DNA of 64,000 bases from Callorhinchus milii (taxonomy: Eukaryota). The translations under genes and the position numbers were made by a program. The number at the start of each line of letters is the position of its first letter. Within the stretch, counting starts at the first letter, position 1. The notes beneath the pieces were generated by a model. That model saw only the letters and a list, made by a program, of their open reading frames with translations. It was not told the DNA's origin and did not search any database. Positions 27,106-37,924 of this stretch are shown one piece after another. The stretch is taken from contig NW_024704742.1 of NCBI RefSeq assembly GCF_018977255.1, positions 25,918,001 through 25,982,000 on the forward strand, written 5' to 3'.

Positions 27106-28109
27106 ATTGTTCAGGTGAGCTTTCGGTCTGCTTCATTTGAAGGCACCAGAATAGATTTTATGTTGGTTTGAACATCAAATGACTGCTAGGTGGCAGCACA
27201 CCCCTCCTGGTGAGTGGTTTCTTCCATCTTTCAGGTCAGGATCAACGCCACGGTGAATTCTTTTGAAAATAAGGCAATTATTATGATGCAAATTCGAGCT
27301 TCTGGTAAAGGCTGCCCGGTTGAGAAATTATTACTTTTTGGGGCCGGAAGAGCGGGAACTTTGGCCGTCTTCCAAGAGCTCGAGCATAAAAATTGTAATA
27401 TAAACTTCCCAAGCTGCTCAAGCGGCTGGAATTTATTTGACGACAAAACTGGGGATGGTGGTGAATTGCGTCACCACTTGAGCTTTTGACTCGAAAAAGA
27501 CTCAAGGCATCTGAAGGCAATTTGAAATGTGCCTCATGCTATCTCAGCTAAGAACTCAAACAGTGCCTTGCCTCCTGCTGTTGCTAACACCTTGGGAAAA
27601 ACAGTTTGAACAGCACGCAGTCTTCAAGGCATTCAAGGCGGATCATTGTGCAAGTGTTCACTTCTCGAAAAAAGAAAGAAGTTTCTTCCGTTGTCCGAGC
27701 CAAATAAAATTGATCATTCACTTCATGGCTGTTTATGGGACACGGCTGAGTGCAGTCATTCTCCTACAAACACAACATTAGTCCACTTCCTAGTATATCC
27801 TGTGAAGTTGAGATGTCCTCCCTGCGTAAAAGGCGCTATACCAAAGGCAAGGATTATTATTCAGTGTTCTGGACTTTTCTATGATATGTTGAACATTATT
27901 ATTTGGTTCTCCTACTTTCTTGCTTTTATATCTTTTTTTTATCTCTGTCGGTACCACATTGACCTCATTGTTTCACCTCATTTTCCAATGTTACAATACG
28001 CAGCTGGAAAAACATGTGCTAGTCTTCGTCTAGAAGAGTGCGACCAACTGAGCCAGGCTGACACACTCTAGACACTGATGTGGACAAGATGGCCTGTTTC
28101 CATGATGTA

Positions 28110-28272
28110 GCCGTGCCTTCAGCTCCCCTCTCGACTCTCTACCCCCTCCCTCCCTTCCCTCCCCTCACCCTGACCATTTCCCCCCTGCTCGGGTCCCGAC
28201 CCAACTGTCCAGCGCCTCCTGACGTGAAAGGCGCTCTATAAATGCAATCTTGTTGTTGTTGTTGTTGTTGTA
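28110..28272 (+). mobile_element. L2 3' UTR end with (TTG)n tail
   Basis: cgtgaaaggcgctctataaatgcaatct(tgt)n. A near-identical end lies at about 26365-26528. Confidence 0.8.
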
Positions 28273-28305
28273 ACAGTCTATAAAAGCTATGTAATTCTCT
28301 ATTAT

Positions 28306-28660
28306 AGTCCTGTAGCTCAGTGGTTAGAGAATTTGCCTTGCAAGTGAGAGACCAATGTTTGATTCCCAGCAGGGCAAAACGTTTCCTTACTCCATACACC
28401 TCTGTTTATTTAGCAGTAAGTAGGAACCTGTTTTTTAGTTGATTGGTGAATCCCTTTTCCGGGGATAATAATTCCTTCAATAATAGTAATAATAATAAAT
28501 TGGTCATTCAATCCACGCCTATTTGTGGGACACTGCTGTCGCAATTTGCTGCTGTGTTTCACCTACAAAATATACGGTCAATTCACTTTAGAGAACTGTG
28601 AAGCACTTTGAGATCTCTTGAAGATGTGATAAGGTGATATATCAAATGCAAGGATTATTA
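28306..28660 (+). mobile_element. tRNA-headed SINE, long subfamily, full length
   Basis: agtcctgtagctcagtggttagag...ttgcaagtgagagacc head through the tatatcaaatgcaaggattatta tail. Confidence 0.88.
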
Positions 28661-28954
28661 TAGCTTGCTTACCACAATGAAGCCTTTTTGCCCATGTACA
28701 GAAGGAAAAGACAGACTTGCCAGGATTTTTAAGTAAACAATCTGGTGGCTCTGTCAAGTGTCACCGCCACTTGAGTGCAGCTCTTAGTACCTCTGGTATA
28801 GTCATATAAAAGTAGTAACATACTGTTTCGTTGGATCCCTTTCTGAGTCTTCGTGCTGACAGCAGTGGGCTGCGTGTGATGCCAGCTTAAAGTGCACTCC
28901 TTGTTGTTGATGTGTGATGGCATTTAAACACGAAGATTAATGATCCAAAGAGTA

Positions 28955-29140
28955 AGACGGAAAGGCAAGTTGACGTTTTGGGCAAAGCCTTTTAGCAGAA
29001 CAACTCAGCTGGTTCTGATGTAGGGCAACACTCTGTATTATGTCAGCTTTTCTTTCTCTTTCACGTGCCGCTTGACCTGCCCTTTAGCCTCAAGATTTCT
29101 GTTTTTTGTTTCTTAATTTCCGGCTTTTGCAGTTTTCATA
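28955..29140. mobile_element. Probable Penelope-like terminal repeat remnant (inverted pair)
   Basis: gttctgatg...gtcagctt...gccgcttgacctgc...atttctgttttttgtttc resembles Penelope ends as I recall them from cartilaginous fish. A similar motif lies at about 42590-42645. Confidence 0.45.
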
Positions 29141-29544
29141 TTTCTCCAAGAGGATTAACAGTTACCACAAGTTTATTGAAAAATAATCTGCGATGGACTT
29201 TGATTAAATTTTAGATCAGTGGTATGATCTCTGAACTGTATTTAAAAAGCTTGAGCAAACAGATTTTTTTATTCTTTACACATGTTACAAGCATGCACAA
29301 CCTCTGCACATGTCATGCCACACATCAAATATATTTTAATCGTTATAAAAACTCACAAAACTAAAAGCAAAATAATCATTATATTATGTATTTTGTATTA
29401 TAATAGAGAACTAGAAAGCTATCTTTGGTTTATATTTTGCTAAATGTAAGAATGCACTATTACGGTTAGGGTCCTCCTAATGCGAAAGGCGCTATACAAA
29501 TGTAATTTATTGTTTTTGTTAGATTAAATAAACTCGCTGATGAT

Positions 29545-29835
29545 AGACATCACACCAATCCTTGTCAGACTCCACTGGCTCCCAATCACCGAACGGATCA
29601 ATATCAAGATCCTCTCACTCATTTTCAAGTCACTTCATGCCTTCACACCTCCCTACCTCTACGACCTGCTTACCCCCACTTCACCACTCTCTGCCTCCGT
29701 GTGGCTGGCTCTGGCCTTCCATTTGTCCCTCATGCCCTTTTCTTTCCAAGGTCCTGGAATGAGTTGTTGCTTCCCAGCTTCGCTCTTTCATCTCCCGCCA
29801 CTCCCTTCACGAACTCCTCCAATCGGGCTTCTGTG
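29545..29835 (+). mobile_element. L2 3' fragment (older)
   Basis: DITPILVRLHWLPITERINIKILSLIFKSLHAFTPPYLYDLL. Confidence 0.85.
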
Positions 29836-29890
29836 CCGCCCATTTGCTTCAACTAAAATGACACAGTCTGAAACTGAAGGAGTGAAAAAA

Positions 29891-30285
29891 GGTCAAAGTG
29901 GCAAATGACATTTTGTCCATCTGCGACCAGGGCTCCCTCTGCCTCCTTGACCTCTCCACTGCCTTCGACACCATTGGCCATTCTATCCTCATCCACCGCC
30001 TCTCCTCTCACCTCAACCTTCACAGCTCTCTCCTTGACCTGTTCAGATCGTATCTCTCATATCGCCTGCACTTTATCTCCTCAAACGGCTTCTTCTCTAG
30101 CCCCTGGACCGTCTCATGTGGCGTTCCTCAGGGCTCTGTCCTTGGTCCCCTCCTCTCCAATATCTATATGCTCCCTCTTGGTGATATCAACTGCAGACAT
30201 TGGATCTACTTCCACATGTATGTGGATGATATCTAACTGTATCTCTCTATCTCCACCCTTGACTCCAGGACCACTGCTGCCTGAC
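29891..30285 (+). mobile_element. L2 RT-core fragment, same subfamily as the element at 37925-40731
   Basis: LLDLSTAFDTI...GVPQGSVLGPLL.NIYMLPLG...HMYVDD; DNA closely matches 40101-40480. Confidence 0.92.
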
Positions 30286-31014
30286 AGAAAGTAGATCAAA
30301 TAATAATCATCCTAGATAGTATCTGTCAACATGTCAGAAAAACTATTGATTTGGTACTATTAGATGAAAATTTGCACGCAAGATTCTTACACTGATTTTG
30401 CCGTGTCTGTAGCTTCTAAGTGTCCTTTGTGTGACCTTTTTTCATCCTTCAGTTTCAGACTGTGTCATTTTAGTTGAAGCAAATGGATTAGCAAGAACCT
30501 CTGCAGGCTTGAGAAAAAAATACCTAATCCAACTGCAATATCTTGTCTTCAATTCTGAGCGAGTCTCGCACAAATAATATAAACTGCTGATGTGCATCAG
30601 TAATTTAAAAAAAAATAGTTATTTAGTGTCGATGAGGCCCCAGAAAAGAAATGATAAAATAATAACAATAATAATGTTGCATTTTATATAGCGCCTTATC
30701 GCGTCTTCGAAACATCTCAAAGTGCTTCACAGAATATACTGCAAATTAAATTGACTGTATATTTTGTGGGCGCAAATGTAAACTTTCAAAAAGATAATTG
30801 AAACAAAATCATAGTATGAATTTGCACAATGGACATCCATTTAAGTTTCCTCTCTGCCATATAATTTGACTCCTGCAATTATAGTTTCTACTCTTTGGCG
30901 TTCGTTACCATGGCTTTGTCCTGCTCTGAATTCCCTTCCATACATAGGTAGTAGACAATGCTTCCCATCATATATCAATTAGGGGCAGAAATCAGTTACC
31001 GGTATTGTTACGAT

Positions 31015-31411
31015 CAATTGGTAGCACTCACGCTTCTGAGGCAAAAGGTTATGGTATCAAGCCCTTCATCAGGCCTTTGAACTCAATTAGTCCAAAATGA
31101 CACAAAATTGCAGTGCTGTACTGTCAGCGATGCCGCCTTCAGATGTGACGTTAAACCAAAGTCCCATCTGCATTGAAGTTTCCCACAGCGCTAATAGAAA
31201 AGAGAAGGGAGTTTCTCCCTTTATCCTGACCAACAATTCCCCCAAATAACACTGGCTATTCACTTCACAGCTGTTGGTATGACATTGCTGTGTGCAAATT
31301 GACTGCCAAGTTTGCTTACAAATTACAATGATTACACTTTACAGCATATCCTGTGAAGAGCTTTGCGACACCCTCCTGACGTAAAGGTTGCTAATACAAA
31401 TGCAAGGATTT
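31015..31411 (+). mobile_element. Deu-domain SINE
   Basis: ttggtagcactcacgcttctgag head, gccgccttcagatgtgacgttaaacc core, and tail. Confidence 0.78.
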
Positions 31412-31983
31412 GCTGCCATTGTAATACAAAATACATATTCAATCCACATTACAGTGTATACTGGGCAAGGATTATTATTATGTTATTGTTATTGTCATAA
31501 CTGCTTTCTTTCAATGGCATTTATGTCAACGATTGATATTTCCAAACTGAAAACTGAGGCAAATAATGTTGTGTAAACAATTCTCTCTGCCTGGAGGCCA
31601 GCATCAGTCATACTTCAGGTAATTGACTGGAATAGGAACAGTACATTATAAATTTATCAACGATCGGAAAATATTTAGACATTTCACTTAAAAATTCATT
31701 GGGGAAAAGCAAAGAATTGTTTTAGCCAATATGGGCTCATCTTCCAGATAATTTTTTTCCTGGTAGAGAGTAAAATAAGTCTAATGGGATTGTCAGTTTT
31801 AATTCATGTTCCTCCAGAGAAGTGAAGCTGCAATCACAGTGTGCTTTGGGAATTCACGCTGTTCAATATTAATGACTGACATTTAATTATAATAAAAGAT
31901 TTGTTGCTACATTGATGTTGTAAATAGTTCTTTAGTCTACCTAATGGATAATGGCAAAACATCAGTTACCATGTAATGAAAAA

Positions 31984-32397
31984 CAGCCTGTTTTGGTAGC
32001 ATGCTTGCCTTCACGTCAGACATTTGTGGGTTCAAGTCCCATGTTGAGCAGTTTAAGGTTATGGTCTAAATTGACACTTCAATGCAATCTTGTGGGAGAG
32101 CTGTATTGCTGGAGATGCTATCCTTCAGATGAGATATTGAACTTGTCTGTCCGATGTTAAAATACCAATGACACTATTTGAAAAGAGAAGGAAATTTCTC
32201 CTGGTGTCTTGGCCAATAAATCCTTCAGTTAAATTGAATTGGTCATTCTCTTCCTGGCTGGTTGTGGGACTTTGCTGTGGGCAAATTGGCTTCTGCATTT
32301 GATGACACATATGGTCACTACACGTTACATTAATTCTGCGAAGCGCGTTAAGATGTCCTCCTGACACGAAAAGTCCTATATCGAATGTAAGATATTG
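31984..32397 (+). mobile_element. Deu-domain SINE
   Basis: Head, ccttcagatgagatattgaac...cactatttgaaaagagaagg core, and tail. Confidence 0.78.
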
Positions 32398-32527
32398 TGA
32401 TGTTATACTGTGTAGTGCTGATCAACATCTTATTAAAAAGTATTGATTTGGTATCATTGGATGAAAGTCCATGTACTTTTTTTTAATACTGATTTTGCTG
32501 TGTCTGTGGNTTTTGTGTCTCCTTTCT

Positions 32528-32835
32528 GGGTTAGATTCCCGGCACAGCGAAATATTGGGCAAGTTTCCTTACTCCACACGCCTCTGTTTACCTAGCAGTA
32601 GGTAGGAACCCGGTTGTTAGTCAGTTGGCAGATTGCTTTTCTGGGGATAATAATTCCTTAAAAAAAAGTTAAATTGGTCATCTCAATCCACGACTGTTTG
32701 TGGGACACTGCTGTGCGCAATTGACTGCTGTGTTTCGCCCACAAAATATACAGTCAATTCACTTTACTGTGAAGCGTTTTGAGAAGTCTCGAAGATGTGA
32801 TAAGGTGCTATATCAAATGGAAGGATTATTATCAT
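32528..32835 (+). mobile_element. tRNA-headed SINE, long subfamily, 5'-truncated
   Basis: gggcaagtttccttactccacacgcctctgtttacctagcagtaggtaggaacccggttgttagtc. Confidence 0.88.
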
Positions 32836-32979
32836 TAGTATTAATTAGGAAAGGCAGAGGCTCATGTGGAGTATAAATACCGCACAGACAAGTTGGGCCA
32901 AATGGGCTGTTTTCTGTGCTGTAACAGCACCTTGGGATATCCTCCCCACGTGAAAGGTGCTATTTTGTTGTTGTTGTAA

Positions 32980-33423
<444 letters not shown>

Positions 33424-33552
33424 TAAGTAAAATATTCCATTACTTACTGCAACAATTCTAATTATGTGGCACTGCAACAATTGCATGAATCCCACTAAGA
33501 TCTAGGTGCTCCAGGGCAAATTTCAGTCAATTAAATTATAATGATGTTACTT

Positions 33553-33915
33553 AGAATTACATAGATTATGATAGCACAGAATCAGGCCATTCTGCCCAAC
33601 TGGTCCGTGTCACTGTTTATAGACCACATGAGACTGCACCCCTCCTAATCTCCTCCTACATATCCCTCTATTCCCTTTTCCCTCATGTATGTATCAGTTT
33701 CTTATAAATACCTTGATGCTTTTTGCTTGAACTGCAGATTCCGACAGTGAGTTCCATAATCTCACTGCCCTCTGGATAAAGAAGTTCTTCCTAAACTCCA
33801 CTTTAAAACTGCTACTGATTATCTTATATTTATGTCTTTTCTTTCGGATCCACAAGCAAGTGGAAACAGCCTGTTAAAGTCCATCTTATCAAATCCTGTC
33901 ATCATTTAAAATACA
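33553..33915 (-). mobile_element. CR1 3' end
   Basis: agcacagaatcaggccattctgcccaactggtcc 3' UTR motif shared with the CR1s at 4938 and 56341. Confidence 0.7.
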
Positions 33916-35029
33916 ACTATGACAACAACCATCTATCCAGTAATTGAGAGTGAGTTGCACCGACACACAGAAACCCCACAACTTATTGTGCGCCAGAACT
34001 GGATTCCCAAGATAATTAATCTTTTAATACTATTAACATTAAAATGAATAAATCAATCAGTTAATTTATTAAAATGTGTTTAATTTAGTAATATGAATAA
34101 GAAAATTAATATTTACCCTCTATCTGTAAACAGCAACTTACATATATATCGCCCCTTACACAGGGTAGCATCCCCAGAGCACTTGATAATGACAAACAAA
34201 TATGTAATAAGAAAATAAAATCTTCAACAACAATCCAACAACAATAACAGCTGTTTACTCAAGTAATGGCTTTGGAAAAAGTGGAACCAAGAAGTGAAAA
34301 ACAGCAGTTTGTAAATTATATCCTTTATTGCCTTCTTCTCTGCCGGCTGTTTTCCTGCTGGTTTCTACAGATGTTGTTGTATGTTCACAGTTTAGACTTG
34401 GGCAGAAATGAGGGCCAGCAGCCTGTAATATTGCCCTTGGTTTTTTTAAGTGAAATTACATATCATCAAAATTAAAAGGAGTGTTTCTGACGAGTGCAAG
34501 TGGGCTGTTTGTTGTTTGTGCATGTATTATTGTGAGGATTGGAATTCCCAATGGAGAAAATTGATATTTTTATGAATGGTTACATGCAAAATAGCAATAA
34601 GAATACAATTTCTCAAATGCGCATTGTTTGTGTACCTGATCACAGAGGCAGAATTTGTCTCCTGACTGATCCATTACAGTAAATTACAATAGTAATCCTT
34701 CAGCAGAAACTGCTGCCACAATGGGATTTCAGTAGGTGAGAATGAAAATTAAAGGAACACTTCATGATTTACATTTTTTATTGTAAATGGACTCAGGAAA
34801 CCCAAGCAAAACATTTCTATGTGTTGATAATCTAGTCTGCACACATTTCCTTACTCCTAAAAAGCTACAAATGTCTTTGTAGTTAACGGGATGAAATTGC
34901 AGTGCATCTGAAGAATACAAGGTCGTTGATGTAAATTATTCCAGATGTCTCTTTGGAAGAGCTAACATGCTTACATTTTTAGATTGCCCCTACTGTCAGC
35001 ACAAAGATCCATCTTTGGATGTTTCTTTA

Positions 35030-35845
35030 CAACAACAGCAACAACAGTTTACATCTATGTAGCTCATTTCACATTGAAAGGATATCTCAGGGCACTTCAC
35101 AATGCTGACTGGGAACCCCATCTGAGGGTTGGGGGGAGCTGATGTGGGCTGTGGGGAAAGTGATGTCAAGCACAGTCATAAAGATAGGTCGTGAGGTGGA
35201 TTTTGAAGATGGGGAGGGAATGAGGCTGGACGAATTGCACAGAGCAGGGGCAGAATTGCTAAAAGCTCTCTAATCCACGATGCGGTAAACCAGCAGGATA
35301 CATGAAGCCGACCGGTGTTTGGGCAGAAAGTGGTTGGGCCATAGGAGGATTTAGAAATGGATTGAGGCTACGCTGTGGAGGCATTTAAAAGTGAGGACTA
35401 GGATTCTGAATTTGATCTGCAGGGATTGAGTGATGCATTCGCAAATTCTGGTGTGGGAGAGGACATGAGTTGCAGAGTTCTGGATAGTCTACGGTTTGTG
35501 TAGGGAGGAGCTGAGCAGTCCAGCAAGCAGGGTTTTGGAATAATCAAGCCCTGGATTTGTTGAAGATGTGGATGAGGGTCTCAGTAGCCTTAGGGGGAAG
35601 GAGGGTAGGGAGAGGTAGTGGTGGAGGCGGGCGTTCTTGTGGAAGTGACGGAAAGCTGAGCGAATGAAATCCTGGATGTAGAATTTGTCGGACAGTTAGG
35701 GGTCGAATGAGACTCAGGTTCTGCACAGACTCTGTAAGGAGGAGAGAACATCTGTGCAGGTCGATGTGTTCGGTGCCTGAGGTGAGAAGGTGCTGACTGT
35801 GGAGCCAAGCAGAAGAGCCTTGGTCTTGTTGACATTTAGCCCGAA
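35030..35845 (-). mobile_element. L2 LINE 3' fragment
   Basis: LNVNKTKALLLGS, ETLIHIFNKSR; (AAC)n-like tail at 35030. Confidence 0.8.
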
Positions 35846-36657
35846 AAAGTTAATTAAAGTGGAGACAATGAACATAAACTGCAGCACCACAATGCAAATT
35901 ATCACAAGCACTAATTCTATTAATTAAATTGTTGTTTTTTTTCAAAACCTCTTCCAAGAGATTGTGGCTTTGTCTGTGATTTTAAATCTCAGAGGTGTGT
36001 ACAGAGGAGAATAAGGGAGCTGATGTGCAGAAAACATGACAAAAGTGTGCAGAATATTTCTGTTGCCTTGGAACATTAATCAATCTGGTACTTTACATTG
36101 CTTCAGGATAATATTCCATGCAAGCATCTGCTGTCACAGTTGTTGCACAGTTGGGCATTTCCTTAAAACAAATTACCTTTCCACTGGTCTGATTATGCAA
36201 TGGATCTTTGGACGGAATAGAAAAACACATACTCGAGAGAGCATTTCGCCTAAAAACATTGTCAGAATTTTCTTCACGTCTTTTCAAATACAAATGCCAT
36301 AAACTTGATTATTGCCTGGGAGTGGGGGGGTGCTACAGTTTACATTAGCACTCATCCTCGCTTCAGAATAATACCAGAAATATTCTGAAAGAAGACGAGT
36401 TACTTCCCAGGAGATACAATGCCATAAGTAATGGTTTCCATCAGCATAAATTAATACAAGCAATGCTCATAACAAGATCGCAGAATTTTCCCCACAGACG
36501 AGATGTAGCTGTGATGTGTAAAATAGGAAAACCAGGGAAAGCCAGTTCAATCGTGCCTGGATACTTAAATGTACTTTTTCACATTTTGTCTGGTTCTGTG
36601 TTTTAATTTCGTAAGGTGATGAGCACAGTCAATGTCCCTTCTTCCCCCTTCCCCCCA

Positions 36658-36711
36658 ACACACACACACACACACACACACATACACACACCACACTCAC
36701 ACACACACACA
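36658..36711 (+). repeat. (CA)n microsatellite
   Basis: Interrupted CA run. Confidence 0.95.
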
Positions 36712-37209
36712 CTAAAGTGACCTTGCAAATTCTGGCTTCTTGACACCCATTTGTACAGTGTTCCAGGTGGAAAATCTCGCTCTTATTGTCATCAACCTGA
36801 AAACCTAGCTTGTCAAACTAAGCGCAGGCAAGATATGAGTTTGCCACGTTAAAAAGGTTTTGATTATACAGTCTGGAAACTATTTCACTTTGGAATTATA
36901 ATTAACCAAGCTCGAGGCACATTTACATGAAATGCAATTGGATAATCCTGAAAACATCAAGGTTGATTTTCAACCAAATACATTAAAAGTTGATTCTTGT
37001 TCAAAACAGCAATAATCCTACTGTTTGTGTTTTCAAATTTGCAATTAGTGCTTGTAAAAAGCAGTGAACATATATCCTGTGAGTGTAGAAAGTTTGTTGC
37101 GTGCTGGAATATGGAAGTTGGTCATTTTCTAGGAAGTAAAAATGCATGGATACACTATACTATATGCAGATTTAGATAAACATATATCTATTAGGATACT
37201 GAACGTACT

Positions 37210-37920
37210 GTCTCATCATCCTCCTCCACAGGACCACACTTCCCTGGTTCCAATCCTATTTGACCCATCGCCTCCACTTTGTTTCCTCCAGTAGCTTCTC
37301 TCACACGGCCACGTGTATGGTACCTAAGTCTTCTCTTTTCTCTCATCTACATGCTTTCCCTTGGTGACTTCATTTGTCAAAGTGGGATTACTTTCCACAT
37401 GAACGTAATTAACATCCAAATCTATCTCTACTTCCAACCTTGATTCCAGGTCTACTGATTTCTGACAGCCTCCTTGATCAAGGCCTGAATGAATCTTAAC
37501 TTGCTTTACTATCACATGGATAAGATTGAAGCCATGCTCTTCAGCTCCTGTTAATGCCTCTCTCTGGCAGCTTGGAAGCTCAATGTTCCCAGCTTCTCTC
37601 TCAAGCTCACAGAACCAACCTCGGCACGTAACCTTGGCTGGGATTCGGCACAAAAGTCAAATCTCTTTCCTTCCTCACATCTGATCCCTGACCAGCACCC
37701 GTTTACTGCCACTTTGTCACATCTCCCACTTCTGATCTCACTCCCAGAACTGTTGAAACTTTCATCCTCACCTTTGTCATCTCTAGACTCAAATTCCCTT
37801 CCAATTGCACCATCCGTAAGCTCCAGCTCTCATAAAACTCCATCCACCGCTCACACACTTATCTGCACAAATCTTTACATACACATCACCCTCATCCTCA
37901 CCAGGCTCAAGTAGCTCTCA
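37210..37920 (+). mobile_element. Old L2, left part (resumes at 40732-41120)
   Basis: Decayed RT C-terminal sequence ending at HITLILTRLK. The downstream L2 sequence resumes after the young element's tail. Confidence 0.7.
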
Positions 37921-37924
37921 GTGG

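Noticed and set aside
32510..32510. Single N base
   Set aside because: Assembly ambiguity with no biological meaning.
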